A DNA stretch of 64,000 nucleotides from an uncultured Candidatus Micrarchaeota archaeon (GTDB lineage: Archaea > Micrarchaeota > Micrarchaeia > Micrarchaeales > Micrarchaeaceae). Numbering within the stretch: the stretch's first letter is position 1; each line of letters opens with the position of its first letter. The stretch lies in contig CAVUGN010000002.1 of assembly GCA_963741095.1 (NCBI GenBank), positions 64,001 through 128,000 on the forward strand, written 5' to 3'. Shown here one piece after another: positions 1-8,335 of the stretch. A program made the translations under genes and the position numbers. The notes beneath the pieces are model-generated. The model searched no databases and had not been told where the DNA came from. It worked only from the letters and a program-made list of their open reading frames with translations.

Positions 1-695
1 GTGCCGAACTTGAACCCGGTCTTTATCACATAACCCCTGCTGCGCCAGTCCGCGTAGACTTGGTAGAGCTTCATGAAGTCTGATCTTCTCTTCTCCGCGA
101 TGTCGAGTATCTGCTTCCTGGTGTAATTCCGAACCTTCAGGATGCCTTTGTCGATGAGAAAAACAGTTTCGTATATATCGAGCTTGTTGAGCCTGCCCCG
201 TTCGCTGACTTTGTATGTGCCGTACTGCCCGAACCAGAAGCCGTTGTATATTGCCTTTCCCTTCTCATCGTCGTCGACAATGGTCGTCATGTCCGCCGGG
301 AAGAAGACGCCCTCCAAATTGATGCGCCCTAGCTTCAGCGGCGATGCGTTGTATCTCTTCAGCTGCGCCTTCGCCCCCTCTCCAACGAGCCCGGAAGGCC
401 TCTTAATCACCAATCCGCGATCTCTCCAGTCCTTGTAAGTGAAATACCGTGCCATGAACTTGCTGCTAGCGCTGAATTTCAGGGCTATGTCGTTGAATGA
501 TACCTCATTGCCGCTCTGCACCGACTTGCACGAGGCGTGCCTCACGTCTATCAGGTACAACCCCTCTTCGGGAGTCAGGATAAGCTTGTCCTTCTCTAAT
601 GCCCCGAAATAGCCCCCATGCAGGATGTCCTTCGTCGACTGGTCAGTGGCAAATATGGTCTTTGTCTTCTCATCGAACAACAATTCCAGCGTCAT
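1..695 (-). CDS. endA: tRNA splicing (intron) endonuclease, multi-unit type; runs off the window start
   Basis: Manual translation from ATG at 695 gives MTLELLFDEK...EEGLYL...YFTYKDWRDRGLVIKR...FMKLYQVYADWRSRGYVIKTGFKFG. Two EndA-like units lie in tandem, and the second has the canonical G(F/L)KFG motif. Not in the ORF track because it is truncated. Confidence 0.9.
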   Translation of the reverse strand, partial: MTLELLFDEKTKTIFATDQSTKDILHGGYFGALEKDKLILTPEEGLYLIDVRHASCKSVQSGNEVSFNDIALKFSASSKFMARYFTYKDWRDRGLVIKRPSGLVGEGAKAQLKRYNASPLKLGRINLEGVFFPADMTTIVDDDEKGKAIYNGFWFGQYGTYKVSERGRLNKLDIYETVFLIDKGILKVRNYTRKQILDIAEKRRSDFMKLYQVYADWRSRGYVIKTGFKFG

Positions 696-700
696 AAGAT

Positions 701-1471
701 CTAATCCATTGACTTGCACATCGCCGTCACTATCTCCTTTTCAATGCTTGTCATCTTCGCAGGCACGATTATCACCGAAGGCCCGCCGAGCTCCAAGGTC
801 TTCGCCTTTTCAATGCTGGCGAAGAGCTTCTGCTGCCTCTCCGATGACAGGCAATTGAGCACAATTATCTTCGTGTCCTCCTTTATTATACCCGATTTGT
901 AGTGTTTCTCCGCCTTTTCCAATATGCTGATTGACTCCTTTATGCTCAAAGAGGCGGCCAGCTCTTGGCTGTAATCCAGCAGCAGGAGCGAATGCAGGTT
1001 GTTCTCAATGTTCCTCCGCAGGGTCTCGTAAAAAGACACTGGCGCGTAGTGCGCGCTCCACTTCGGTATCGTGGCTATGGCGCCAAACCTGTAGAAGTCA
1101 AGTCCGCTCTCGCCTATCGCGGCGGTCAGCACGGAATTCGAATGGATCACCTCAACCTCCACATTCCTCTTCCTTGCCTCTATGAACAATATCTTGTGGG
1201 TCGTTGCCATTAGCGGATCCCCGCCGATGAGCACGGCGACGTCCCTATCGACCGCTTTTGAGACTATGTCCTTTGCACCCTCCTCCATGTCCCTCCTTAC
1301 GAGCACCTTTATCGTGGACTTGCCAGAAAGCTTCTTTATGAGATTAAGATGATCGTCGTCGACGAGGCAGGTGTACCTGTCGACCATCAGCTCGCTCCTC
1401 TTGCAGGCGTCTATGGCCCTCAGCGAGAGGTCATTGCCCGTCAGGCCTATTCCAACTAGAAACAGCATCAC
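701..1471 (-). CDS. dph5: diphthine synthase
   Basis: LFLVGIGL start, GDPLMATTH, GLDFYRFG and LHSLLLLD motifs. Confidence 0.93.
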   Translation of the reverse strand: MMLFLVGIGLTGNDLSLRAIDACKRSELMVDRYTCLVDDDHLNLIKKLSGKSTIKVLVRRDMEEGAKDIVSKAVDRDVAVLIGGDPLMATTHKILFIEARKRNVEVEVIHSNSVLTAAIGESGLDFYRFGAIATIPKWSAHYAPVSFYETLRRNIENNLHSLLLLDYSQELAASLSIKESISILEKAEKHYKSGIIKEDTKIIVLNCLSSERQQKLFASIEKAKTLELGGPSVIIVPAKMTSIEKEIVTAMCKSMD

Positions 1472-1472
1472 A

Positions 1473-2423
1473 TCAGTCTTTTATGCCTGCAGGCGTTATC
1501 TTCATCACGCATTCGCCTTCCGGCATGTTCGGCGAATCGACAAGCCTCACAATCCTCTTGTCCTCCTTGCTCTTCCTGAGGTATAGCCTTGTAGTGGCCG
1601 CATGGGCGAGTATGTTGCCCCCAATCGGCGTCGTAGGGTCCCCAAACAGCATTCCAGGGTTGTCCATGACCTGGTTAGTGATATAAACAGCCAGGTCGTG
1701 CTTGTCAGCGAGCATCTGGAGCGCGTGTATGTGCTGGTTGAGCTTCTGCTGCCTCTCACCCAATGCACCCCTGCCTATGTACTCCGACCTGAACAGGCTC
1801 ATAAGCGAGTCAACTATGACCAGTTTTATGTTCTTTTCGACTATCAGCTTGTCAGCCCTCTTGACCGCCAGCACCTGCTCGTCGGTCGTAAGAGCCCTGA
1901 TGACCATTATGCCCTCAAGAGCCTTCTCCGGCTCAAGCCCCCTGGCCTTTGCTATGCTCTCTATTCGCTCCGGCCTGAACGTTCCTTCCGTGTCTATGAA
2001 CAAGCATCCGCCTTCCAAGCCGCCCTCGCTCTTGGGCAGCTGCACGTCAACTGCAAGCTGGAAGCCGAGCTGCGACTTTCCGCTCGCGAACCTTCCATAA
2101 GTCTCAGTTATAGCCCCTGTCTCTATCCCTCCACCTATGAGTTCATCCAAATCCTTGCAATTGGTGCTTATCTTGCCCAGCTCCTTCCTCTTCTCGGAGA
2201 CCTGGGTTCCTGTCTGATAATTCAGCGTTACTGCATCATTGGCCGCCTTTATCGCTTCCGTGGCCTTCTCTACGTTTATGCCGCTCAGCTCGCTCAATTC
2301 GTGGGGGGACATCGTGGCTATCTTGTCAAGAGTGTCGACCCCTGCGGCCTTAAGCTTCTCTGCAGTAGTGGGGCCTATTCCAGGCAGGTCCTCTAGAACC
2401 TCTATATCCTTCTCCTTTGCCAT
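1473..2423 (-). CDS. radA: DNA repair/recombination protein RadA
   Basis: N-terminal HhH (LEDLPGIGPTTAEKL), Walker A GRFASGKSQ, IDTEGTFRPERI, RQQKL, GGNILAH. Start reassigned to MAKEKD (2423), with a TATA-like CTTAAATA about 30 nt upstream. Confidence 0.97.
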   Translation of the reverse strand: MAKEKDIEVLEDLPGIGPTTAEKLKAAGVDTLDKIATMSPHELSELSGINVEKATEAIKAANDAVTLNYQTGTQVSEKRKELGKISTNCKDLDELIGGGIETGAITETYGRFASGKSQLGFQLAVDVQLPKSEGGLEGGCLFIDTEGTFRPERIESIAKARGLEPEKALEGIMVIRALTTDEQVLAVKRADKLIVEKNIKLVIVDSLMSLFRSEYIGRGALGERQQKLNQHIHALQMLADKHDLAVYITNQVMDNPGMLFGDPTTPIGGNILAHAATTRLYLRKSKEDKRIVRLVDSPNMPEGECVMKITPAGIKD

Positions 2424-2489
2424 GGAAACACGATATAAAATGAACGAATAAGTATTTAAGCCTTGGAAATACAGGAATAACACGTTAGC

Positions 2490-2575
2490 GATAAAGAAGA
2501 AATAGTGCCAGCGCGGCGAACCACGCTGGCAAGGCGACCAGTTCTTCACGACTTTCCTACAGTAGAGAACCCGTG
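2490..2575 (-). ncRNA. candidate small structured RNA (UUCG-capped 11-bp hairpin followed by a U-rich tail)
   Basis: Minus strand reads UGCCAGCGUGG-UUCG-CCGCGCUGGCA then CUAUUUCUUCUUU; a second pairing GGUUCU/AGAACU lies upstream. Confidence 0.35.
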
Positions 2576-2648
2576 ATTTACATTACAAAATATAGGCTTA
2601 AAAACCTATGTTAATAATGGAATAATACCACAAAAATGGAATGTTCAA

Positions 2649-3353
2649 ATGACCTTTCTGACGTTAAATTTCAAGGGTGCACTGCTGACTCTAATCCTAG
2701 GGATAGCCTTTTTCGAGATCGGATTAGACATAGGTTACTTCTTCGTTGCTGTGATGCTATTATTCCTCATCCTGGCCGCAATCGTCACGGCTGTCGGAGC
2801 CAACTACAAGAAGAGAATAGGCACCTTTCAGAAGTACCGCGGAGTCAAAAACGTGCTTGCAAACGGCCTTGCGCCGTTCATGATGGCGTCGCTGTTCTTC
2901 TGGACTGCCACGCATGGTTATCCAACGATTGCAATGCTGTCCATCATAGCATTCGTGGGGAGCGTTGCGGCCGCCACGGCAGACAAGTTCGCCAGCGAGC
3001 TCGGAGTGTTCGGCGGCATGCCCCGGCTGATATTCACATCAAGGAAGGTGAAGCGCGGGGTCTCCGGCGGCGTGACTCCGCTCGGACTTAACGCCAGTCT
3101 CATCGGCGCCTTCCTCATCGCATTGACAGTGCCGCTGATCGCTTACAAGCTAGGCGGTATGGGAAGCATGTACTACTTCAACCCCTTCTTCACCATACTC
3201 GGCATAACGATCGCCGGTCTGCTGGGCAGCATAGTTGACTCAATGCTAGGCTATTATGAGGAAAAGGGCATCGGCAACAAGTCCACCTCCAACTTCGTCT
3301 GCGGGCTTGTGGGTGCCATAGCAGCGGTCCTGGTCTACATCCTCCTGCTCTGA
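2649..3353 (+). CDS. DUF92 / TMEM19 family membrane protein
   Basis: RGVKNVLANG, AAATADKFASELG, GVSGGVTPLG and GSIVDSMLG motifs; multiple TM segments. Confidence 0.88.
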   Translation: MTFLTLNFKGALLTLILGIAFFEIGLDIGYFFVAVMLLFLILAAIVTAVGANYKKRIGTFQKYRGVKNVLANGLAPFMMASLFFWTATHGYPTIAMLSIIAFVGSVAAATADKFASELGVFGGMPRLIFTSRKVKRGVSGGVTPLGLNASLIGAFLIALTVPLIAYKLGGMGSMYYFNPFFTILGITIAGLLGSIVDSMLGYYEEKGIGNKSTSNFVCGLVGAIAAVLVYILLL

Positions 3354-3357
3354 AGCC

Positions 3358-4650
3358 TTATGGAGTCAGCCGCTTCCTGTCCCTCGGGAACAGCGAGCAT
3401 TCGCGTATGTTCTGCGCGCCCGTGATCTGCATGGTCATCCTTTCGAGGCCTATGCTCCAGCCGGCGTGCGGCGGAGCGCCGCACCTGAAGGCGTTTATGT
3501 AGAAATCGAAGTGCTTCGGGTTCAATCCCTTCTTCTCCAAAGACTTGATCAGCAAATCCGGCTTGTGTATACGCTGCGCGCCGCTCGTTATCTCAAGGCC
3601 CTTGTAGATGAAGTCGAAGCTGTTCGTCAATTCCGGGTCCTCTTCCTTCGGCATCGAGTAGAAGGCCCTTAAAGAAGCCGGGAAGTCCTTCACGACAACC
3701 GCATCGCCGTAGATCTTCTGCAGCGCGGTCTCATGGCCCCTTGAGATGTCGTGGCCGAACTCTATCTCGAATCCCTTCGTCTTCAGCTTTTCAATCGCCT
3801 CAGAATAGGTCACTGTCTTGACCTCCGGCACCTTCAAGTCGACTTTCAAGAGTTCCAGCTCCTTCTTGTTGTTCTCCTTGACGCTCCTTATTATCGAAAG
3901 AACGGTCTCGGAAAGCACCTTGATCGCGTCGTCCGAACCGGACACGAAGGCCATCTCAATATCCATCTGCGTGCATTCCGTCAGGTGGTAGACTGTGTTG
4001 GACTTCTCCGCCCTGAACGCCGGCGTTATCATGAACACCCTATCCATGCCTCCGACTATCGCCAACTGCTTGTACAACTGCGGCGACTGCGCCAGGTAAG
4101 CCGCCTTCTCGAAGTACGCTATAGGGAAGAGGTCGCTGCCTCCCTCGCTCGCCTCCGCGATCATGCTCGGCGTGCGGATCTCCTCGAATCCCATGCCGGA
4201 CACCGCATTCTTGAAGGCGTTCAATACGGTCGATTCTACTCTAAATATTGCCGTAGGCTCGGCCCTTCTTAGGTCGATGTACCTGTAGTTCAGCCTTACA
4301 TCAAGGTCGACCGGCACCTTGCCCGTGACCTCAAAAGGTATGTTTATCGATAATGGATTGAGGTCCTCGACCTCGTTCGGCAGGATCTCGAATCCGGCCT
4401 TCGCCTCCCCGCTGGCCTTCACAACGCCGGTCACCCTGACAACGCTCTCCTTTGGCAGGTCCATCGCCTTCATCACTGTCTCGCTCGTGACTCCCTTCTT
4501 GCCTATGACCTGCAGCGTGCCGGTGGTATCCCTCAGAATGAGAAACTTGATCTTAGCGGTATCCCTGACCTCATGAACCCAGCCCGCGACTGTGACGGTC
4601 TTGCCATCAAGCGCGCCGGTTACCTCTTTAACATAATGAGTCCTTATCAT
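3358..4650 (-). CDS. aspS: aspartyl-tRNA synthetase, non-discriminating archaeal type
   Basis: AGWVHEVRD, LAQSPQLYKQ, FRAEKSNT, GAPPHAGWSIGLER. His in GWVH and Pro in FEILP match the ND-AspRS signature positions. Confidence 0.95.
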   Translation of the reverse strand: MIRTHYVKEVTGALDGKTVTVAGWVHEVRDTAKIKFLILRDTTGTLQVIGKKGVTSETVMKAMDLPKESVVRVTGVVKASGEAKAGFEILPNEVEDLNPLSINIPFEVTGKVPVDLDVRLNYRYIDLRRAEPTAIFRVESTVLNAFKNAVSGMGFEEIRTPSMIAEASEGGSDLFPIAYFEKAAYLAQSPQLYKQLAIVGGMDRVFMITPAFRAEKSNTVYHLTECTQMDIEMAFVSGSDDAIKVLSETVLSIIRSVKENNKKELELLKVDLKVPEVKTVTYSEAIEKLKTKGFEIEFGHDISRGHETALQKIYGDAVVVKDFPASLRAFYSMPKEEDPELTNSFDFIYKGLEITSGAQRIHKPDLLIKSLEKKGLNPKHFDFYINAFRCGAPPHAGWSIGLERMTMQITGAQNIRECSLFPRDRKRLTP

Positions 4651-4716
4651 TCGACCATCTCTATTAGATTAGACAATAATGTTTAAAAACATCCTCGCCT
4701 TAATAATATTGTTCGA

Positions 4717-5004
4717 ATGGCCGATTACTGGAAGATAGACAAAAAGCTCATAGACCGCATATGCGCAGTCGCAAGGCTGACTCTCACGGAAAAGGAGAAG
4801 GAGATGTACGTTAAACAGCTCCAGGATGTTCTTGAGGCATTCAAGCAGATAGACGGCATAGAATCGAAAGAAAGCCCCGCATTCCATTCGGTTTCAGTCG
4901 AGAACGTGTGGCGCGATGACGTTGCGAAGAAGACCGACTGGGAGCCGCTGGGCAACGCAAAGCAGAAGGAAAACGGCTATTTCAAGGGTCCAAGGATAGT
5001 TTAA
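4717..5004 (+). CDS. gatC: Asp-tRNA(Asn)/Glu-tRNA(Gln) amidotransferase subunit C
   Basis: ARL..., NVWRDD and GYFKGPRIV; directly upstream of gatA. Confidence 0.9.
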   Translation: MADYWKIDKKLIDRICAVARLTLTEKEKEMYVKQLQDVLEAFKQIDGIESKESPAFHSVSVENVWRDDVAKKTDWEPLGNAKQKENGYFKGPRIV

Positions 5005-6405
5005 GTGGCAGCAAAACGACTCTCGGTCGAAGAGTATTTGAAGGGCGCAAATGAAGGCAGCATTTCGGCAGCCGACTCGATAAAGGAAGCGGTAACAAAG
5101 TCAAGGGGAATACAGAAGAAATATTCGCCATTCATAACGATAAACGACAAGGCAGAAGCATCGAAGACAAAGGGCAGGCTGTACGGCCTTGCGGTCTCGG
5201 TCAAGGACAACATCTGCACCAAGGGCCTTCAGACAACAGCGGGATCGAAGATACTCGAAGGCTACATACCTCCATTCGATGCCACCTGCATCGAGAAGAT
5301 AAAAAACGAGGGAGCAACCATAATCGGGAAGACCGCGCAGGATGAGTTCGGCTTCGGAACATTCTCGGTCAACACTTCACTCACAATACCGAAGAACCCC
5401 TCCGACGTAGAAAGGACCTGCGGAGGGAGCAGCGGCGGCGCGGGTTGCATAACCGCAGCGGCAGATTTTCCGCACGTTGCCATAGCAGAATCAACGGGCG
5501 GCAGCATAACCGCACCAGCAGCGTTCACCAGCACAATAGGACTGACTCCGACATACGGCAGGGTGTCAAGATACGGCTTGATCGATTATTCAAACAGCAT
5601 GGACAAAATAGGTGTATTGGGCAACCGTGTCTACGACTGCGCGCTGATGCTTTCAATAATAGCCGGTCACGACCCGCTTGATTCGACAAGCAGCGAACTT
5701 CCGACTGAAGATTTCACAAAATACCTGAACGCGGACCTCAAAGGCGTCAAGATAGGTATGCCAAAAGAATACTTCTCCGATGGCGTCGACAAAAGGATAT
5801 CAAAGATTGTTAGGGACAAGGCAGCAATGTTGGAATCCCTGGGTGCAAAATGCGAGGAGACCTCCTTACCATCGACCCCATACGCAATCCCGTCGTACTA
5901 TCTGATAGCGGTGAGCGAGGCATCAACGAATCTTGCGAAGTATTGTGGCCTAAGGTACGGGCTCCAGAAAGATATCACCGGAAATTTCGACGAATATTTC
6001 ACGAAAGTCAGGACCGAAGGCTTCGGAGACGAGGCAAAAAGAAGGATCATACTGGGAACATTTGCGAGGATGGCTGGCTTCAGGGACAAGTACTACTTCA
6101 AGGCGCTCAGGATAAGGGCAACAATAATAAAGGAGTTCAAGCAGGCCTTCAAGAAATATGATGCGCTGATAACACCATCAATGCCTGTGGTCCCGCCGAA
6201 ATTCTCTGACATCAAGAACCTCACGCCCCTGCAGAACTATTACATGGATATACTTACGACCGCGCCTAACATGGCCGGAATGCCGACGATATCAATGCCC
6301 ATGGAAAAGGTCGACGGGTTGCCGGTCGGCATGCAGATCATCGCCGACCAGTTCAACGAGGGCAAACTGATAAAGATAGCGCACAAATTCGAGGTTTCAG
6401 CATGA
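5005..6405 (+). CDS. gatA: amidotransferase subunit A
   Basis: Amidase signature VSVKDNI, GGSSGG, STGGSI, PTYGRVSRYGL; EAKRRIILGTF. Confidence 0.95.
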   Translation: MAAKRLSVEEYLKGANEGSISAADSIKEAVTKSRGIQKKYSPFITINDKAEASKTKGRLYGLAVSVKDNICTKGLQTTAGSKILEGYIPPFDATCIEKIKNEGATIIGKTAQDEFGFGTFSVNTSLTIPKNPSDVERTCGGSSGGAGCITAAADFPHVAIAESTGGSITAPAAFTSTIGLTPTYGRVSRYGLIDYSNSMDKIGVLGNRVYDCALMLSIIAGHDPLDSTSSELPTEDFTKYLNADLKGVKIGMPKEYFSDGVDKRISKIVRDKAAMLESLGAKCEETSLPSTPYAIPSYYLIAVSEASTNLAKYCGLRYGLQKDITGNFDEYFTKVRTEGFGDEAKRRIILGTFARMAGFRDKYYFKALRIRATIIKEFKQAFKKYDALITPSMPVVPPKFSDIKNLTPLQNYYMDILTTAPNMAGMPTISMPMEKVDGLPVGMQIIADQFNEGKLIKIAHKFEVSA

Positions 6406-7808
6406 GTGTAATGATAGGATTGGAGGTTCACGTCCAGCTCAACACAGAGAGCAAGCTCTTCTGCAGCGACAGCGTCGACACTCGCAACAAGGCGCCGAAC
6501 GAGAACACCTGCCCGATATGCCTGGGATTCCCGGGATCGAAGCCGAAGCTGAACAAGAAGGTCATAGACTACGCGATAATGACCGGCCTGGCACTTGGAT
6601 GCAGAATACCAGAAGAATCGTTCATGTCAAGGAAGATATACTTCTACCCCGACCTTGCGAAGAACTACCAAATCTCGCAGTACGAATCGCCGCTAGTCGG
6701 CGAAGGTTTCATGAATCTCCCAGATTTGAAGATCAGAATACGAAGGATACACATCGAAGAAGACCCGGCGAAGCTGGTGCACATCGGTGGCGACATCACC
6801 TCGGCGGAATACGTCCTCATAGATTACAATCGTTCGGGCATACCGCTGATGGAGATAGTGACGGAACCGGATTTCACCACACCGAAGCAGGCAAGGCAGT
6901 TCCTGGAGAAACTCTCCTCGATATTAGAGCATCTAAACGTCTACGACGCGAGTAAGGAAATGTCGCTCAGGGTCGATGCAAACGTCTCGATAAACGGGGG
7001 CGAAAGGATAGAGGTCAAGAACATAACGGGATTCGAGAACGTAGAAAAGGCGCTAAATTTCGAGATAATAAGGCAATCAGGAATGGCGAGGATGGAAGTA
7101 AAAATAGAAAGGGAAGTAAGGCACTTCGACGCCGAGACCGGCACGACTAAAGGCCTTAGAAAGAAGGAATACGAGGAGGATTACGGCTACGTCTTCGATC
7201 CAGATCTGCCAATAATAAAAGTCGACAGGGCATGGGTAGAAAAAATAAAGTCGTCGATGCCCGAGCTGCCGGACCAGAGGGTGAAAAGATTCACTTCGCA
7301 GTACAAGCTCAACGAGTACACCGCAAGCGTCCTCATATACACGGACAAACATCTCGCGGATTTCTACGAAGAGTGCTGCAAGCTTTACAAGGATCCGGTC
7401 GTCGTCGCAAACTGGACGACCAACGAGCTGCAGAAGAGCCTGAACTGGAGGTCCGAGCGCATAAACGACTCGAAGGTCAAGCCTAAAACATTCGTGGAGC
7501 TCCTAGAATTAATAGACAGCAAGGAGATAACCGAGCGATACGCCAAGGAACTGGTCAAGGAATACGTCGACACCGGCACATCGCCGAAAGCGCTTGCGAA
7601 GAAGAGCGTAGTCAAGCTGTCCAAGAAGGACCTCGAATCTGCGGTGCAGCAGGCACTAGATAAGAATAAGAAGGCAGTCGAAGAGATAAACTCAGGAAAA
7701 ACCGAGTCGCTCCAGTTCCTCATAGGCCAGGTTCTGGCACTGACTAAGAAACAGGCTGACCCGAAAGAGATTAAAGCACTCATACTAGAGATGCTAAAGA
7801 AACAATAA
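6402..7808 (+). CDS. gatB: amidotransferase subunit B
   Basis: IGLEVHVQLNT, RKIYFYPDLAKNYQISQY, IHIEEDPAK, DYNRSGIPLMEIVTEPD. Confidence 0.97.
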   Translation: MSVMIGLEVHVQLNTESKLFCSDSVDTRNKAPNENTCPICLGFPGSKPKLNKKVIDYAIMTGLALGCRIPEESFMSRKIYFYPDLAKNYQISQYESPLVGEGFMNLPDLKIRIRRIHIEEDPAKLVHIGGDITSAEYVLIDYNRSGIPLMEIVTEPDFTTPKQARQFLEKLSSILEHLNVYDASKEMSLRVDANVSINGGERIEVKNITGFENVEKALNFEIIRQSGMARMEVKIEREVRHFDAETGTTKGLRKKEYEEDYGYVFDPDLPIIKVDRAWVEKIKSSMPELPDQRVKRFTSQYKLNEYTASVLIYTDKHLADFYEECCKLYKDPVVVANWTTNELQKSLNWRSERINDSKVKPKTFVELLELIDSKEITERYAKELVKEYVDTGTSPKALAKKSVVKLSKKDLESAVQQALDKNKKAVEEINSGKTESLQFLIGQVLALTKKQADPKEIKALILEMLKKQ

Positions 7809-7815
7809 CAACAAT

Positions 7816-7888
7816 GCCTCGATAGCTCAGTAGGTAGAGCGATCGGCTGTTAACCGATAGGTCGCAGGTCCGAGTCCTGCTCGAGGCG
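7816..7888 (+). tRNA. tRNA-Asn (GTT)
   Basis: Acceptor stem GCCTCGA/TCGAGGC, D arm GCTC/GAGC, anticodon arm ATCGG-CTGTTAA-CCGAT, T arm GCAGG-TCCGAGT-CCTGC; no intron and no full encoded CCA. Confidence 0.95.
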
Positions 7889-7913
7889 CCTTATATTCAG
7901 CACATCGATAACA

Positions 7914-8276
7914 TCAAACAGACAAAGCGACTATGCCTAACACTATCAATGCCATGCCCATCACCTGCGTCTTCTCAGGTTTTTCCCCCAGAAAGAACAC
8001 CCCAAACAAGATAGGGAGCATAACCGCGCCAGAAGTAATCGGTGCGATTATTGCAGCAAAATTGAGCGTGACACCAAGATTGTATGATATGCTTCCGACA
8101 AAATTTGCCAACCCCCCAAGTAAAATAATCAGGCAACCTCCTTTTCCAAACGCCATCAACTTTGTACGTTTGGTGCAACCATAACCAAAAATAAGTATTA
8201 ATGTTATCAGATTCAGTAGAAAAACAGCGTCAAACCAACCAAAACAACCATAAAATAGGTTAATTCTCCATCTCAC
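7914..8276 (-). pseudogene. EamA/DMT transporter-like fragment (C-terminal half)
   Basis: AAIIAPITS...ILFGVFFLGEKP...GMALIVLGIV is typical of an EamA C-terminal repeat. The ORF is AT-rich, has only one repeat and a poor N-terminus, and lies just past the tRNA 3' end. Confidence 0.55.
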
Positions 8277-8281
8277 AGAAA

Positions 8282-8302
8282 GGGTTTTAAGCTTAAAATC
8301 CC
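8282..8302. promoter_or_regulatory. palindromic TATA-like element upstream of gyrB
   Basis: Perfect 14-bp palindrome TTTTAAGCTTAAAA (8285-8298) flanked by GGG/TCCC, about 40 nt before the gyrB ATG. Confidence 0.5.
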
Positions 8303-8335
8303 CATCAATATTGGATCGGTTTCGGATTGATTTTT

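Noticed and set aside
2424-2549. 42-aa N-terminal extension of RadA in the ORF track
   Set aside because: It covers the promoter and hairpin region; homology starts at MAKEKD
2506-2575. Resemblance of the candidate ncRNA to the 3' half of 5S rRNA (UACUG...GGAAA...GGUUCGCCGC)
   Set aside because: No 5S 5' half and the helix pattern does not fit; kept only as an unknown structured RNA
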